Part shown: piece by piece, positions 13,068-24,723 of the stretch
Layout: each line of letters starts with the position of its first letter
Position numbering within the stretch: the stretch's first letter is position 1
Program-made: the position numbers and the translations under genes
Notes under the pieces: generated by a model
What the model was told of the DNA's origin: nothing
Database searches by the model: none
The model's input: only the letters and a program-made list of their open reading frames with translations
Source: Marsupella aquatica
Lineage: Eukaryota; Plantae; Marchantiophyta
DNA: 64,000 nt
Reading direction: 5' to 3'
Assembly: GCA_973895155.1 (NCBI GenBank)
Contig: OZ316894.1
Span: 22,167,867-22,231,866 of the forward strand

Positions 13068-16000
13068 TCACGGTGGACGTGGAGGTACAGGCGGGACCTG
13101 AAGAATGTCTTCAGGAATCAGCCATAGGCCTGTCCAGGTCCCATAATGCCTGGACATGTCGTGATGAGCATTCCTATAAGTAGTCGTGCCAGCACGGATT
13201 CTGGCATTCTGGCAGGCCCAGTCCCGCCTGAGGTAAATCCCAAGACGGTGCCAAGACTTTCTGATGACTCCCTGTGGATTAGGGCGGGTGTGTTCAATGA
13301 AGTGTGCACATCTATCTTTCCACACATTCCAGCAAATAATAGCCCGCAATGTGTGCCAGAGTTTCTCAGGGGTGTCCCATTCCACAGGCAATGGTTCACC
13401 CACCAAGATGTGTGCTGGCTGGAGAAGAACGGGATTGCCTCGGGTGAAGGCGCACATCTGGAGGACATATTGGACCCATCTCCAGACGATCTGTGATTGA
13501 GCGCAGCTCCAGATGCAATGTACAATATCCTCCTGTTGGTCTGTTGCACATCTGGTGCACCACGTCCTGGGGTCCGTTGGTGGAAGTCGCGGAAGTCGCC
13601 AATGTTGTGTTGCTGGAATCCTGTAGATCAATTGCCACAAAAAGCAATTTTCACTTGCAGCACGAAATGTTAGCCAGGTATTGGCCCATAGTGAATGGGG
13701 ATTGGGACTCCAATTAAGCCTGACAACCCACTTGTGTACAGCCTTGTGTAACGTCTGTGGTAGAGGCCCCTGGATTTCCCGCAAATGAGCTGTGTTGGTA
13801 TCCAAAAAAGGCAAGCCATCCTTCCATTCAAAGTGTAACAGGGGAGTAAGTAGACCTGTAGGCCTCCCAATTCTCTGCCTGAGGGCCACTGAGCTGCTGT
13901 GATGCCGAGTCAATACACGATGTAGCAGTGTTCCAGCCGGTGGGGCAATGTTATCTGACTTGGAAAGGAGGCCATTTACCACTCTGTATGTGTGCCTAGG
14001 TGTTGAGGTGTCATTAAACCTCTGCCACTGGGATGTGATGTGATTTCTCTGTATCCTATATTCCCAAATGTGAAGATTCCCATTAGGCAGAGATGCCTCC
14101 ATGAACACGGGAATCAATTGCATCGGTTCACTGTGTAGTTCCGGCACACATCGGAGGTTCGCCACCATTTTGCGGTAAGCCATGGCACAGCTTCTGGGCA
14201 ACAGCAAATTAGGCCCATCCTCCCACTCAAGAGGTTGACCACCAACATCCAAGATATCCTTCATACAGAGAAAGCCAGCTCTCATGATTTTTCTCTGCGG
14301 ATTGCTGTGGCACTTCGCCTGGTTTGCATTGATGTGGTTGAGATGCGGCATCCATAAGGGGAGATCACGCCAGCCCTCCAAGTGCCCTGGGGGTGTTGGT
14401 CGCAGGTTTCTCTTAATGACATTCCATCCCGTACAAATGTTGGTCCAAACTCTTGAACCCTTCTTCGGTAATGTGTGACACTGTGTGAACACCCAAGAAA
14501 AATCCTCAGTTCCCCACTTGTGCATCGACAGCTACTTCAACTCGTATTGCAATATTCTACGCAAGGGGTGATCTCCTTCAGCCAGCGCCCAAACAATAAA
14601 GTTCCCAGCCAATGCCCTGAATTGTGCAGCAAGTGAAATCAGCCCTAGTCCACCAAATTTCTTAGGTCTAGTGATTGTGGCAAAGTCCACCCGGGAGCGG
14701 GCTTTCGAATTCTGGCCTGCCCAGATAAACGTAATGATCTTCTTGTGGAGAGCATCCAGGGTGTGCTGCTCTCCAGCCCAGACGGTTAGCATGAACCATA
14801 AAGTGCTCATGAGTAATTGGTTAGCCACAGTGACCCTTGCGATTAGCGATCCCGAGCTCCGACGGACTCTGTCCAAAGTAGACTCCAACTTTTCAGAAAG
14901 AGATAGGACCATTTGACTTTCGGAAATGTGTTGAGCAATAGGGATTCCAAGTAACTTAGTGGCATTAGTATCGTTCTCCCACCTCCAAGGGAGGCGCCTG
15001 AACTCAATCGGGATTCTGCGAGGAGAGATATAAGCTGCTTTGGTGTTCTCCCAAGTGCAGAAAAGTCCCGATGCCATGCCAAAGAGGTCCAGGGTCTCCT
15101 TACACTTGTCTACATACATCATGACAGCACGGATAATCATAGCTAGATCGTCTGCATACAAGTTATGAACATTATGAACTGCAGCAGGTTGAATGTCGAC
15201 CCCCTGGATAGTACCCCTGCCAACTTCCCATTGTATGATTCTGCTAAGAGCGTCAATTGCTATGAGGAAGAGGAGGGGAGACAAAGGACAGCCCTGTCGT
15301 ACCGATCTAGCTAGTCCAAAAGATGGAGCCATTTGCCCATTTAGGAGTACCGCTGAAGAAGCAGATGCATGAGTAGCACGCAGGAAGCTCATAAGCAGCC
15401 CATTGAATCCCGCCTTCTCCAAAAGCGACATCAAGAAATGCCACTCGAGCTTATCAAACGCCTTGGTGACGTCCAGTTTCAGCAAGATGTAGTCCAGCCC
15501 TGACAACTCAGCATGGTGCAACGTTTCGTTGAGCAGCATAAGGGAATGATGGATATTCCGGCCAGGTATAAAAGCAAATTGTTGAGGCGTGATGAACCGC
15601 TGAAGGACTGGTATCAGGCGCAGCTGAAAAGCCTTTGCACCTATCTTATAGACGACATTCAGAAGTGTGATGGGGCGTTTGTTGGTCAAGTACCTTTGAT
15701 CGCCCTTTTTTGGGAGAAGGACAATGAATCCCCGGGTGATTTTGATGGGAAAGGATTCATCGGCCATGCCCTGAAGGAGTGCTCTGTGTAGGGAGGGACC
15801 CACAATGTTCCAATGCGCAACAAAAAATTCCACAGGAACGCCCTCAGGGCCGGGGCACTTATTCTTGGCCAGCGCAGAAGCAGCCATTCCAAGCTCCTCA
15901 ACTGTGAATGATGCATTCAGGAGGCCTCGGTCTTCCAGCGTAATACGACTATTTTGCAGCTCCAAGACCCTTGATACTTGCTCCCAGTTAAATCCATTCG

Positions 16001-17376
16001 ATTGGCCAAGGAGGTCGCTAAAGAAATTAGTGGCTGTGTCAGCCATTGTATCCCAATTGCTGACAAGATGATCGTCCTTGGTGAAGAGTTGGGAAATCTC
16101 ATTTTTCATGGCCAACCCCTTGAAGGATCGGAAGAAAAGCCTGGAGCATTTATCTCCCTCCCCTATCCACTTCGACTGCAAGACATAGTCCATCCATTGA
16201 ACTCTTTTGGCCTCAAATTCGTGTAGCAACGTTTCCGCCTCCTTGAGTTCACCCTGCTTTGCGGGGTTCTGTGGATCCCTTTCAAAATTCAGCTGTGCAT
16301 GAGTAAGGGAGCCACGAAGCAAGGATTCCTTCTACCTCCTTTCCAGAGCTTTTCTTTTGCCCCAACACCGGTCAATCTTCCTGGCTTTCGCCAAGCATCT
16401 GATGAGAGTCCTATCGGCATCAATTCCTCTCGTGTTGCAGTATCCCAGTGCAGTATGCTTCCTCTTGCTCCCACATGAGTTTGATTCGTTCTTGGTAAGC
16501 GCCCTGAGTCAGATGATTGACGTTCATTCTATGTTGAGAATGTCGCTTGGTGGGTACTATGGGAGTGATTTTGGCCATCACAGGTGCATGGTCAGACAGC
16601 GTAATCCCAGGTATAATTGTGGAAGAAATCTCAAATTTCTCCCGGAAAGCCCCCCTCGAGGCATATATTCTGTCTAGCCTGCGCAGTACCCGACCTCCCA
16701 AGTCTCGTGCATCTTGTGTGATTGGTGCATGGCGGAAACTCTTCTTGTTATCCCAACTAAACCGGAGGTGCCCTTGTTGTTCATGGAAAGAGTCGACCAA
16801 ATGTAAGTGCCTCTTAAGGTGGCACCACGCTCTCTTCTCCATACCAGCAATGACAGCTCCCGGGCCCCCCTTATGGTCTGAAGGCTGCTCGATCATGTTG
16901 TAGTCCCCCATCAGGATCCAGGTGAAAGATGGATCCAAACGATTGAAAAGTTCTCTCCATAGGTCCGTCCTCTCCCTTGCAGAGTTGGGTGCGTAGATGC
17001 CAAGGAATCCAACTTTGCCTAGCCCCTCATGCACAATACAACACCAAACCGCCCTTCCTGAAGGCAACCTGCCCTCAGAGATTACAAATTGATAAAGAGT
17101 TTGTGTAATGGCAATTGCTAATCCACCCCACCCAGCGTGAACATTTTCGTTTCTGATGGAGTGCGCTCCATCCGCAGCCGGAGCACAAACCCAGTGTGCA
17201 GCGCGCCAAACCTCCTGAAGTTTGCCAATCCTGCCAGCACGGAGCTTGTGTTCCTGAATGCACACAATGTCAAGGGTGTGTTGCAGCCCCTCCAAGATGA
17301 GGCGGGTGCGGAGCCGTCGCCTCCGTGAGGCTAGCCCCCGTAGGTTGTAAGACAAGATTGTTAAATTTTGCGACAT
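13068..17376 (-). pseudogene. LINE ORF2 (APE endonuclease, reverse transcriptase, zf-RVT-like C-terminus), broken by one frameshift and two TAG stops
   Basis: EN motifs ILSYNLRGL, IVCIQEH, MGDYN, RLDRIY and SDHAPV; RT motifs RPITLLNVVYKI, KLDVTKAFD, VRQGCPLSP and YADD; C-terminal CTRC..EDIVHCIWSC. Probable ATG at 17376, frameshift at ~16445, in-frame TAG at 16332-16334 and 14532-14534. Confidence 0.93.
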
Positions 17377-19018
17377 TGGAGGGAGGAATTTTGTGACAAT
17401 ACCCCCCAAGTTGCGGGGGCCCTTGCAGCCGGGGACGTTTTGCGCTTGGCAGATTGTCCCCAAATGAAAGCGGGAGTGGGTCTGAATCCGTTGCAGATGT
17501 TTCTCTCGAGAATGGGCGTTTGCGAATTGTAACGTTTTCCCGGTGAAGAGGTAGCTTTGGAGATGGATGTAGCTTTGGAGATGGATTTTCCTTCAGCTGT
17601 ATCGTATGTGCACTTAGTGAAGTAACCTCCACCTCGATCGGTTGTGCAGCCACAGAGGGCGGGTTAGATGAGCCGCTAGCCTGTGTTGGTTTGACAATCC
17701 ACACTTTTTGTGGAGGTCGCCTGGGATTTCTCAGCGGAAGGTGGTCGGGGGGTGTAGTGCCAATGGGGTGCACTCCCGATTTGCACTGCGTGGGTTCCCC
17801 GCTGTCCCCCTTCCGTGCTGAGAAAGTTGCCTGTCCGCTGCCACTTACACCAGGAGAGTTTTCAGTGCCCAAGAGGTCCCGCTGCAGAGGCCTAAGAGTG
17901 GTTTTCCTTTTGCTCTTCCTGGAAGATTTGGAAGATTGGCGCCTTGCAGGACCTTGGGTAGCTGAGGAGGCCGGAGCTGTACCGTTCTTCGATGCCTTCT
18001 CTGCTTCAAAAGCCGTTGCGCGTAGTGCTAGATGTTGCAGTTCCTCCTCCTCCCTTTGCTGTTGCTCTTCTGCTCGACCCCTCCAATACTCTGCTTCTGC
18101 CCTTGCCTTATGCGCCTCCTCCTGGCACTTGTGGAAGACTACTTTGTCCAACCGTACCTTTGGTTGTGTTGCATTTGCTGGTGCGATTGGATGGAGTGCC
18201 TCATCCCCCAGGGCGTTGAATTGAAAGCTTTGGCCTTTGAAGAAGGATGGACGAGGTTGTGTGCATTTGGACGCCAAGTGTCTGTAAGAGAAGCAGAAGC
18301 AGCAGCAGCAGCGCAGATTTCTGCCAATGTAATCAAAGAGGACCGTGGTGGCGCCGGGATTGCTAAGTTGGAACTTACCGCTTGCCGGGAAGACCTTTAG
18401 TTCGATCTCGACTACAACAGAAATGTGGTGTTGCTGAGTGCCAGGTGCTAGCTTCGCACGAATAAATCTCCCAATGGGTGCAACCACGAACTTGATGTAC
18501 TCGTAGATTTCAGGATTTCCGTTCTTGATGTAGACTGAGACCAGATGTTTGAAATCCCGTGAGTTACAAGGGTCAAAATTAGGCGTGTAATCATTCACTG
18601 CTGCAAATCTATCCAATGCTTTAATAGGTGAGGCACTCAGTAAGCCTTTCTTGATATGGTCTCCCGAATTAGCGTCAAATTGCACTACAAACAGGGCGTG
18701 GGCCAGCTCATCATGCAGCGTCAGTTTGATCTCATTTTCCTGATTGTAAGCCGATATCCATTCCTTAGCCAACCGGGCATCGAATTCGGATTCAAAACCG
18801 AGCACAACCTTGTTTCCAAAAATCCGCTTCGTGCCGAGTTGAAGGATGTCCTTTGGAATGTAGAAGATTTCCGGGTTTTGGACGGTGGGTATAGACGGAG
18901 GCCTCCTATCAATGTGATTAGTGGCCAATGATGTGTTCGGTCCCATTACATTGTGACCTGATGTCGACGATTGTGTCGGGTTGTGTCGGATTTTGCTTCT
19001 GGATGTACCACTGGCCAT
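17270..19018 (-). CDS. LINE ORF1 protein (582 aa) with CCHC zinc knuckle and a coiled-coil/basic region
   Basis: CCFCFSYRHLASKC matches CX2CX4HX4C; lies upstream of, and overlaps, the endonuclease ORF. Confidence 0.85.
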   Translation of the reverse strand: MASGTSRSKIRHNPTQSSTSGHNVMGPNTSLATNHIDRRPPSIPTVQNPEIFYIPKDILQLGTKRIFGNKVVLGFESEFDARLAKEWISAYNQENEIKLTLHDELAHALFVVQFDANSGDHIKKGLLSASPIKALDRFAAVNDYTPNFDPCNSRDFKHLVSVYIKNGNPEIYEYIKFVVAPIGRFIRAKLAPGTQQHHISVVVEIELKVFPASGKFQLSNPGATTVLFDYIGRNLRCCCCFCFSYRHLASKCTQPRPSFFKGQSFQFNALGDEALHPIAPANATQPKVRLDKVVFHKCQEEAHKARAEAEYWRGRAEEQQQREEEELQHLALRATAFEAEKASKNGTAPASSATQGPARRQSSKSSRKSKRKTTLRPLQRDLLGTENSPGVSGSGQATFSARKGDSGEPTQCKSGVHPIGTTPPDHLPLRNPRRPPQKVWIVKPTQASGSSNPPSVAAQPIEVEVTSLSAHTIQLKENPSPKLHPSPKLPLHRENVTIRKRPFSRETSATDSDPLPLSFGDNLPSAKRPRLQGPPQLGGYCHKIPPSNVAKFNNLVLQPTGASLTEATAPHPPHLGGAATHP

Positions 19019-19929
19019 AGTATCTCAAGGTGTACAGATCCCGGTGATCAGACAGAAGCAAGTAGCAGTTGCACCGATCGGCCACTCGTGAGGCGATGGC
19101 AGCGCAAGGCTGCAGGGACAGCAGTAACGCACAATGCTGGTTCCAGTGCTCAGGTGCGAAGCTCAAGACGCCAGCAGCGCAGAACCAGCCAGAGATCACA
19201 CTTCGAGTCGGGCTGCCCTCCCTTCCGTAAATTAGCACCCGAGACAAACGATGAAACCCCAAAGGAGTCACATACCATAGCAGCGAGAGATCCCAAGCCC
19301 GTTGGCCCCAATGCTGTTTTCAATGTTGAAGAGGTAGAATGCGCCTACGCTCAAGCAGCCAACTTCGTGCCACAAGCTCAGAATACAGCATTGTGTGTCG
19401 CCCAACCCAAATCGCAAAGAAACGCAACAAATTTGAAAATTCTGGTCAATATCTTCGTAAAACGTGGAGTTGGTGTGGTGTGTGGTCGACTGCTCGATGG
19501 ACTTACGACTGTTGCAATGATGTAATGTGATTGTGTGTTTACCCAGAGTAACACGCAAAACTAGCTGTTAATACAGGACAAGTAAGAGGTAAACTAAATC
19601 CAGCTGTTAATACGAGACAAAACACGTGAATGGTCCAGCATGCACCCCGGTTCGAAAAATAATCTGGAACGGCATGGAGTGATGTCAGATCCGAGCCAGA
19701 ATGTAAAAGCAACCCGGCCGTTGGGTCAACCCGCAAACAGAAATTACCGTGCCTATCATGGCTGCTAGCTTCTAAGGACAGCATCCCTCCCCCCCCTCAC
19801 CGTCTCTCCCCTCACCGGATTTGGCGGAGCGCTACATTGTCCCGTTTGAAATGTATGAAGTTTGAAAAAACAAAAACTAAAGGGCATTGAACATGAAACA
19901 GAGTTTATGTTGCAATCTGTGTGAAAACT

Positions 19930-20560
19930 TCCGAATTCTGAGATTGGGATTGGGATTAGGTGAATTCCAACTTCTGAGATGGGGGATTTGAAATTCCAAA
20001 ATTCTGAAATTTGGAATATATTAGTGTCGAATTCTGAGCTATGGGTTGTCTGTTGAGACATGCCAAATTCTGAGATTTGGAATATATTAGTGCGAAATTC
20101 TGAGCTATGGGTTGTCTGTTGAGACATGTCCAAAATTCTGAGATGGGGCATTTGAAACATTCCAGATTCTGAGATTTGATATAGATTAGTGTAAAATTCT
20201 GAGCTATGGGTTGTCTCTTGAGACATGCCAAATTTTGAGGTGGGATTAGGTAAATTCCAAAAATCTGATGTAAGGATTGAGACGTCCAAATTCTGGGGGA
20301 GGCGTTCCAAATTCTGAGATTGGGATTGGATGATTTGCAAATTCGGGATAGTGATAGAGGTATTCCGACAAAACATTTTATTCTTGATCAATTTTCAAAT
20401 TCTGAGATTGGGATAAGATAAGTTCCCAATTCTCTTTTAGTTTTTAGAAAAAAGTCGAGTTCTGAGGTAAGGGCTGAAAGATTCCAAATTCTGAGAATGT
20501 TTAGATAGACTCTAAATAGTATTATAAATTAAATTCTGAGATTGTGATTAGGAAAATCAT
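19930..20560. repeat. Degenerate tandem array built on aaattctgagattgg, including ~63-bp higher-order units
   Basis: The core motif recurs more than 15 times; ttctgagctatgggttgtc..ttgagacatg occurs three times (~20032, ~20098, ~20197). Confidence 0.8.
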
Positions 20561-21617
20561 GTTTTTGTGGGATTAGGATTAAATAAATGGCTAATGAGGC
20601 AAAGTTGACTACCAGCTGAATTGTTAAATCCTACACAACTCTATCCAAGTTTGCATTTAGTTTTTTATTCAAGCCTAAACGGGAAGCAAGGGGGCAAAAC
20701 CTGCCCAAGCCAAAAACAACTCCAGGCACCAGAAGCACCAGGGCAGGGGCCTCACCATACCTACTCCCATGCCCTCCTAAACAATTGATTTTCACAACAA
20801 ATGGAATTTGAAAGATGGAATGACATAGCTTGCAACAACATGCATGGTCACAACAACACCAGCTGAAATAATGTTATTTTTGCAGCAGCAACATGGGCAA
20901 TGGTGACACTTCTACAACCACAACATAGTTGTGTCGACAACATGGCCAACCTGACTACACTGCCTTCTACAACCACAACATAGTTGCATCAACAACATGG
21001 CCAACCTGACAACACTTCTGCAACAACCGCACAACCAAAACGACAATACTTTGCACAAAGCAACATGGCCCAATGGCACCCCCTAAATGAAAATAAATTG
21101 ACAACATGGGTTTAATGATGACATGGCCAGAACAACAACTCTGCAATGAACATACTTTGGGCTAGTAAAACATGAAAATGCAGCTTACTTGCCATATTTT
21201 AGGAGAGGCCTTCTTGTATCAACACCTGTCCGTCTTTTTATAAATGAACTTTTCTCATCCTTTTTCCTCCTTCTTTTTTTTGGGGGGGGAGGGCACATAA
21301 GGATCAGACTTTGTTCATCCCTTTGTGATGCATGTGATCGGGTCCTTTGGTTGCTTCTCTCATCAAATGATCTGAAAGTTGGTCCTTGTATTGAAAAGCA
21401 AGCTTTCCTGCACTCTAACCTATCTAATTCAGCTCAATCAGGCAAAATCCATATGGAGGCCTTTACTTAACTTCAAATATGCAATTAATTCAGGACTCAA
21501 AATTTCATTCGTTTCATAGGCTTGAAAGTGAGCAGGGTTATTTAGGGGAGACTCACCTCAATATTGGGCAGAGGCAAATGGTTGTGCCCATGCCTGTGGG
21601 TTGGTAGCTAGTGTTTT

Positions 21618-22112
21618 AAAATTTCTGGAATTTACTAGGCCGTCACTCTTGTATGGGATAATATATACCTTGCCACTGATTTTTTCCTACTTATCATAAT
21701 GCCACTGTATTCATTTGTGGGTTAAGAAAAACAAGCAGGGTTAGCTCCTTCGCATTCAGTGGCTCTCATCGCACCTAGTTTCATACTTGGATGGCTCGTA
21801 TTTCCCTCAAGGTGACTTTGACCACCCTTAGCAAGACAGAGAGTTTATGGGCAAGGACGGCCCCTGGATAAAGGCTGTCCATAGGATGGGAGGACCTGAT
21901 GAACTGACCCACCTCTTGGTCAAACTGATCCAAGGATGGACAAAGTCACCTTGAGGGAGACCCAGAGCCATTTGATCAGGAAACAGGATACGATGATAGC
22001 CATTGGATGTGAAAGAGCTAACCTACGTTAATTTTCTGAACCCATAAACAGTAGTATTGTGATTAATAGGAAAAATAGAGTGACAATCTAGTGAATCTCA
22101 CTTTAGAAATTT
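21618..22112. repeat. Degenerate long inverted repeat (foldback/MITE remnant or hairpin RNA locus)
   Basis: Paired arms include tccctcaaggtgactttg / caaagtcaccttgaggga, gggttagctccttcgcattca / tggatgtgaaagagctaacct and tttgtgggttaagaaaa / ttttctgaacccataaa. Confidence 0.75.
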
Positions 22113-22621
22113 GAATCTCATAGGAGCCAAAAGTTGTGCCCATGCCTTTGGGTTATGAGCTAGTGTTTTAAGCATCAAAATCTCATAGCATGTACATCTA
22201 CAACTATAATAAGGGATCATGCCTTTGTTGTCCTTGCCCCAATACAAAAAACCTGCTGGGCAGGAAAGATCCACAGTGGTTGAATTTGATTGATTGTTCC
22301 CTTGATCATTGATGGAGTAAATGTGCACCCCTGGCACATGTGCTTCCCATTGCCCCATAAGTGCCCCGGCCCGGACTCCCTATGGGCTCTCTTTGTGCCA
22401 TGCAACACGCATGGCCATAGGGCTCATCTTACTAGTAAATGCCATGGAAAGCTACTTGAAAATGAGGGTGTAGACTAAAAAAACAGGGGGGGACATGTGA
22501 GCTGAAACAACGGGGAATCATTTTTCTCCAAAGTACTTTTTTGTCCTCACCTCTATATCCAATCAAGTAGGAATAATCAGGCTACCAGTAGGCCTCTAAA
22601 CTCTGGTCATGAAATGCTTTA

Positions 22622-22978
22622 GGGCCAACTCGCACGTAAACACTCCTTCACAATGCAGCCCTTACCTCATGCGCCACTTCAGGGAAAAGTGTGATCTGCT
22701 ATACCAATCAGAGAAACCAGTACAAGGTCATCGTTCTGTCAGCGACAGTCCAGGACGTGCTATGTATAGAAGCTTGAGGTTTGTTTTATTAGCAAAGTAG
22801 AGGTCAGGACCTGCAAGGGCCGGAAATTTTCCGGACCTTGCCCTTGGGTCCCCACCAGACCTGCAGTCAGGCCTGCCAAAGGAGGGGCTTATGGGATTGC
22901 ACAATTATCAAGTCTCATCATGACATGTTGCAGTCTAAGGGCCGCATTGTGAAGGACTCTCAACATGCGAGTTGGCCC
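22622..22978. mobile_element. PIF/Harbinger (Tourist-type) MITE
   Basis: TIRs gggccaactcgca... / ...tgcgagttggccc (about 45 bp, imperfect), flanked by TTA at 22619-22621 and 22979-22981. Confidence 0.85.
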
Positions 22979-23553
22979 TTAGGAATACCATGATGGTCTA
23001 AAGTTGTGAGTTTGTGAAAGGTGAAATATTGTTTTTTCCCACCTTAAGTATCAGTATTGTGGCGCTAACCTCATACATACTCATGCATGCACTAACATTG
23101 GGTATCATCATAGCTGTCATTGTCTATAGAAGCCAACTCCTGTACATGTTTTGTTTTGTTACTGTATATAACCATTAACTTCATTGACCGAGTAAGATCT
23201 CACAAGAGACAAAAAGTGCATGCAATCACCCCTCGAGGTAATCACACATCAAAATGTGGGCTGTGCGCGTACTAATTTAAAGAAAATATTAATGAGGTTT
23301 ATCATCGTATGGAGTGATGTTATACACACTACATATGTCACATTAACTTCTATAATAAGCAGTTGAGTCTTTTTATAGCTTGGTGGTCATTTGAATTTGA
23401 AGGGCACAAAAATTAAAGAATCTGACCAAGAGAAAGAATAAACCAAAATTACATTATATTTGGTTTGAAGTAAAGAGTGACACGTTTTCCAAGCAATAAA
23501 TAGAGGGAAATGCCAGGAATGACAATGCACAATAATGAGTACTTTATGGACCA

Positions 23554-24723
23554 TCTATATATAATACTTTATGTACCATCTATGTATAGTACTATACCCC
23601 ATGATAATCTATGTCATAAGATTGATTACAAATATTACATACTGTAATAAAAATTATCAAAACCAAAAAATAGTACAAAATCGATAGAAGAGAGGGGTGG
23701 GGTGTGGGATAAAAACATGAAAAATTCAAAGACAAAAATAATTTTTAGCTGGTGATACTTTGTGGTTGTTGTCACTCATTTTTTGCCCCATGACATCTTT
23801 TACTAGATAACAATTTTTGGGTAATTATATCTTTTATTACTGAGACATGTTTTGGGCAATGATATTTTTTACTTAATGACATCTTTTGAGCAAGAAATTT
23901 ATTGGCATTTTTTGCACATCTTTTCCTTAATGATATTTAATGCAACGACATGTTTTACTTCACAACATCTATGACTGATGACATTTTTTTACTTGATGAC
24001 AACTTTGACATTATAACAACACTTTTTACTTGACGACATCTTTTACTTGATGACATATGTTTTACTTCACAACAACTTTGGCAACACGATTTCTTTTTAC
24101 TTGATGATATCTTTGACAGAACAACATCTTTGGCGCCCCAACATCTTTTTAGTTGGCAATATCTTTCACATAATGACATCTTTTTACTTGAAAATATTTT
24201 TTTACTCCATAACATCTTTGGAGACACGACTCCTTTTTTTCTGAACAACATCTTTTTACTCCACGGATTTTTTTTAACGCCATCTTTTTACTTTGCGTCA
24301 TCTTTGGTGACACAAAATCTTTTTACTTCACGACATCTTTGGCAGCTCTACTTTTTTTTAACAACATCTTTCGTGCAACGCACGGGTTTTCTTCACAACA
24401 TCTTGGGCAACACGACATTTTCCTTAAGAACACCTTGGGCGACACAATATGTTTTTTCTCAATGATGTCTTGGGCAACACGATATCTTTTTTTCAATGAC
24501 ATATTGGCCGACACAATATCTTTTTCCTCAAGGACATCTTGGCCGACACGACATCCTTTTCTCAATGACTTCTTGGCAGACACGACATCATTTTTCTCAG
24601 CAACATCTTGGCCGACACAACATCTTTTTTCTAAACGACCTCTTGGCCGACACAACATCTTTTTTCTCAACCAAATCTTGGCCGACATGGCATCTTTTGT
24701 GCAACGCACGGGTATTGAGCTAG
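23554..24723 (+). mobile_element. Non-autonomous Helitron with internal degenerate minisatellite (acatctttttt-type units)
   Basis: 3' end has the hairpin gtgcaacgcac (24699-24709) followed by CTAG|T (24720-24723). Candidate 5' end is A|TCTATATATAATA at 23554 (less certain). Confidence 0.75.

Larger units (their letters stand above)
12742..19890 (-). mobile_element. Full-length (~7.15 kb) L1-clade LINE retrotransposon, disabled
   Basis: Poly(A) tail (T-run at 12742-12754 on +); exact 16-bp direct repeat acatgaaacagagttt at 12726-12741 and 19891-19906 (TSD); ORF1 and ORF2 in canonical order. Confidence 0.9.

Noticed and set aside
18971-19525. 184-aa antisense ORF in the LINE 5' UTR (ORF0-like?)
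   Set aside because: Starts at a non-ATG codon, has no motif, and the GC-rich sequence makes chance ORFs likely. It would need conservation across copies.
19765-20391. 208-aa ORF with repeated SEF/QISE motifs
   Set aside because: A by-product of the DNA tandem array, and it crosses the LINE TSD boundary.
22001-22022. miR159/miR319-like sequence ttggatgtgaaagagcta
   Set aside because: Too many differences from the conserved mature miRNAs to assign it; kept only as a hairpin finding.
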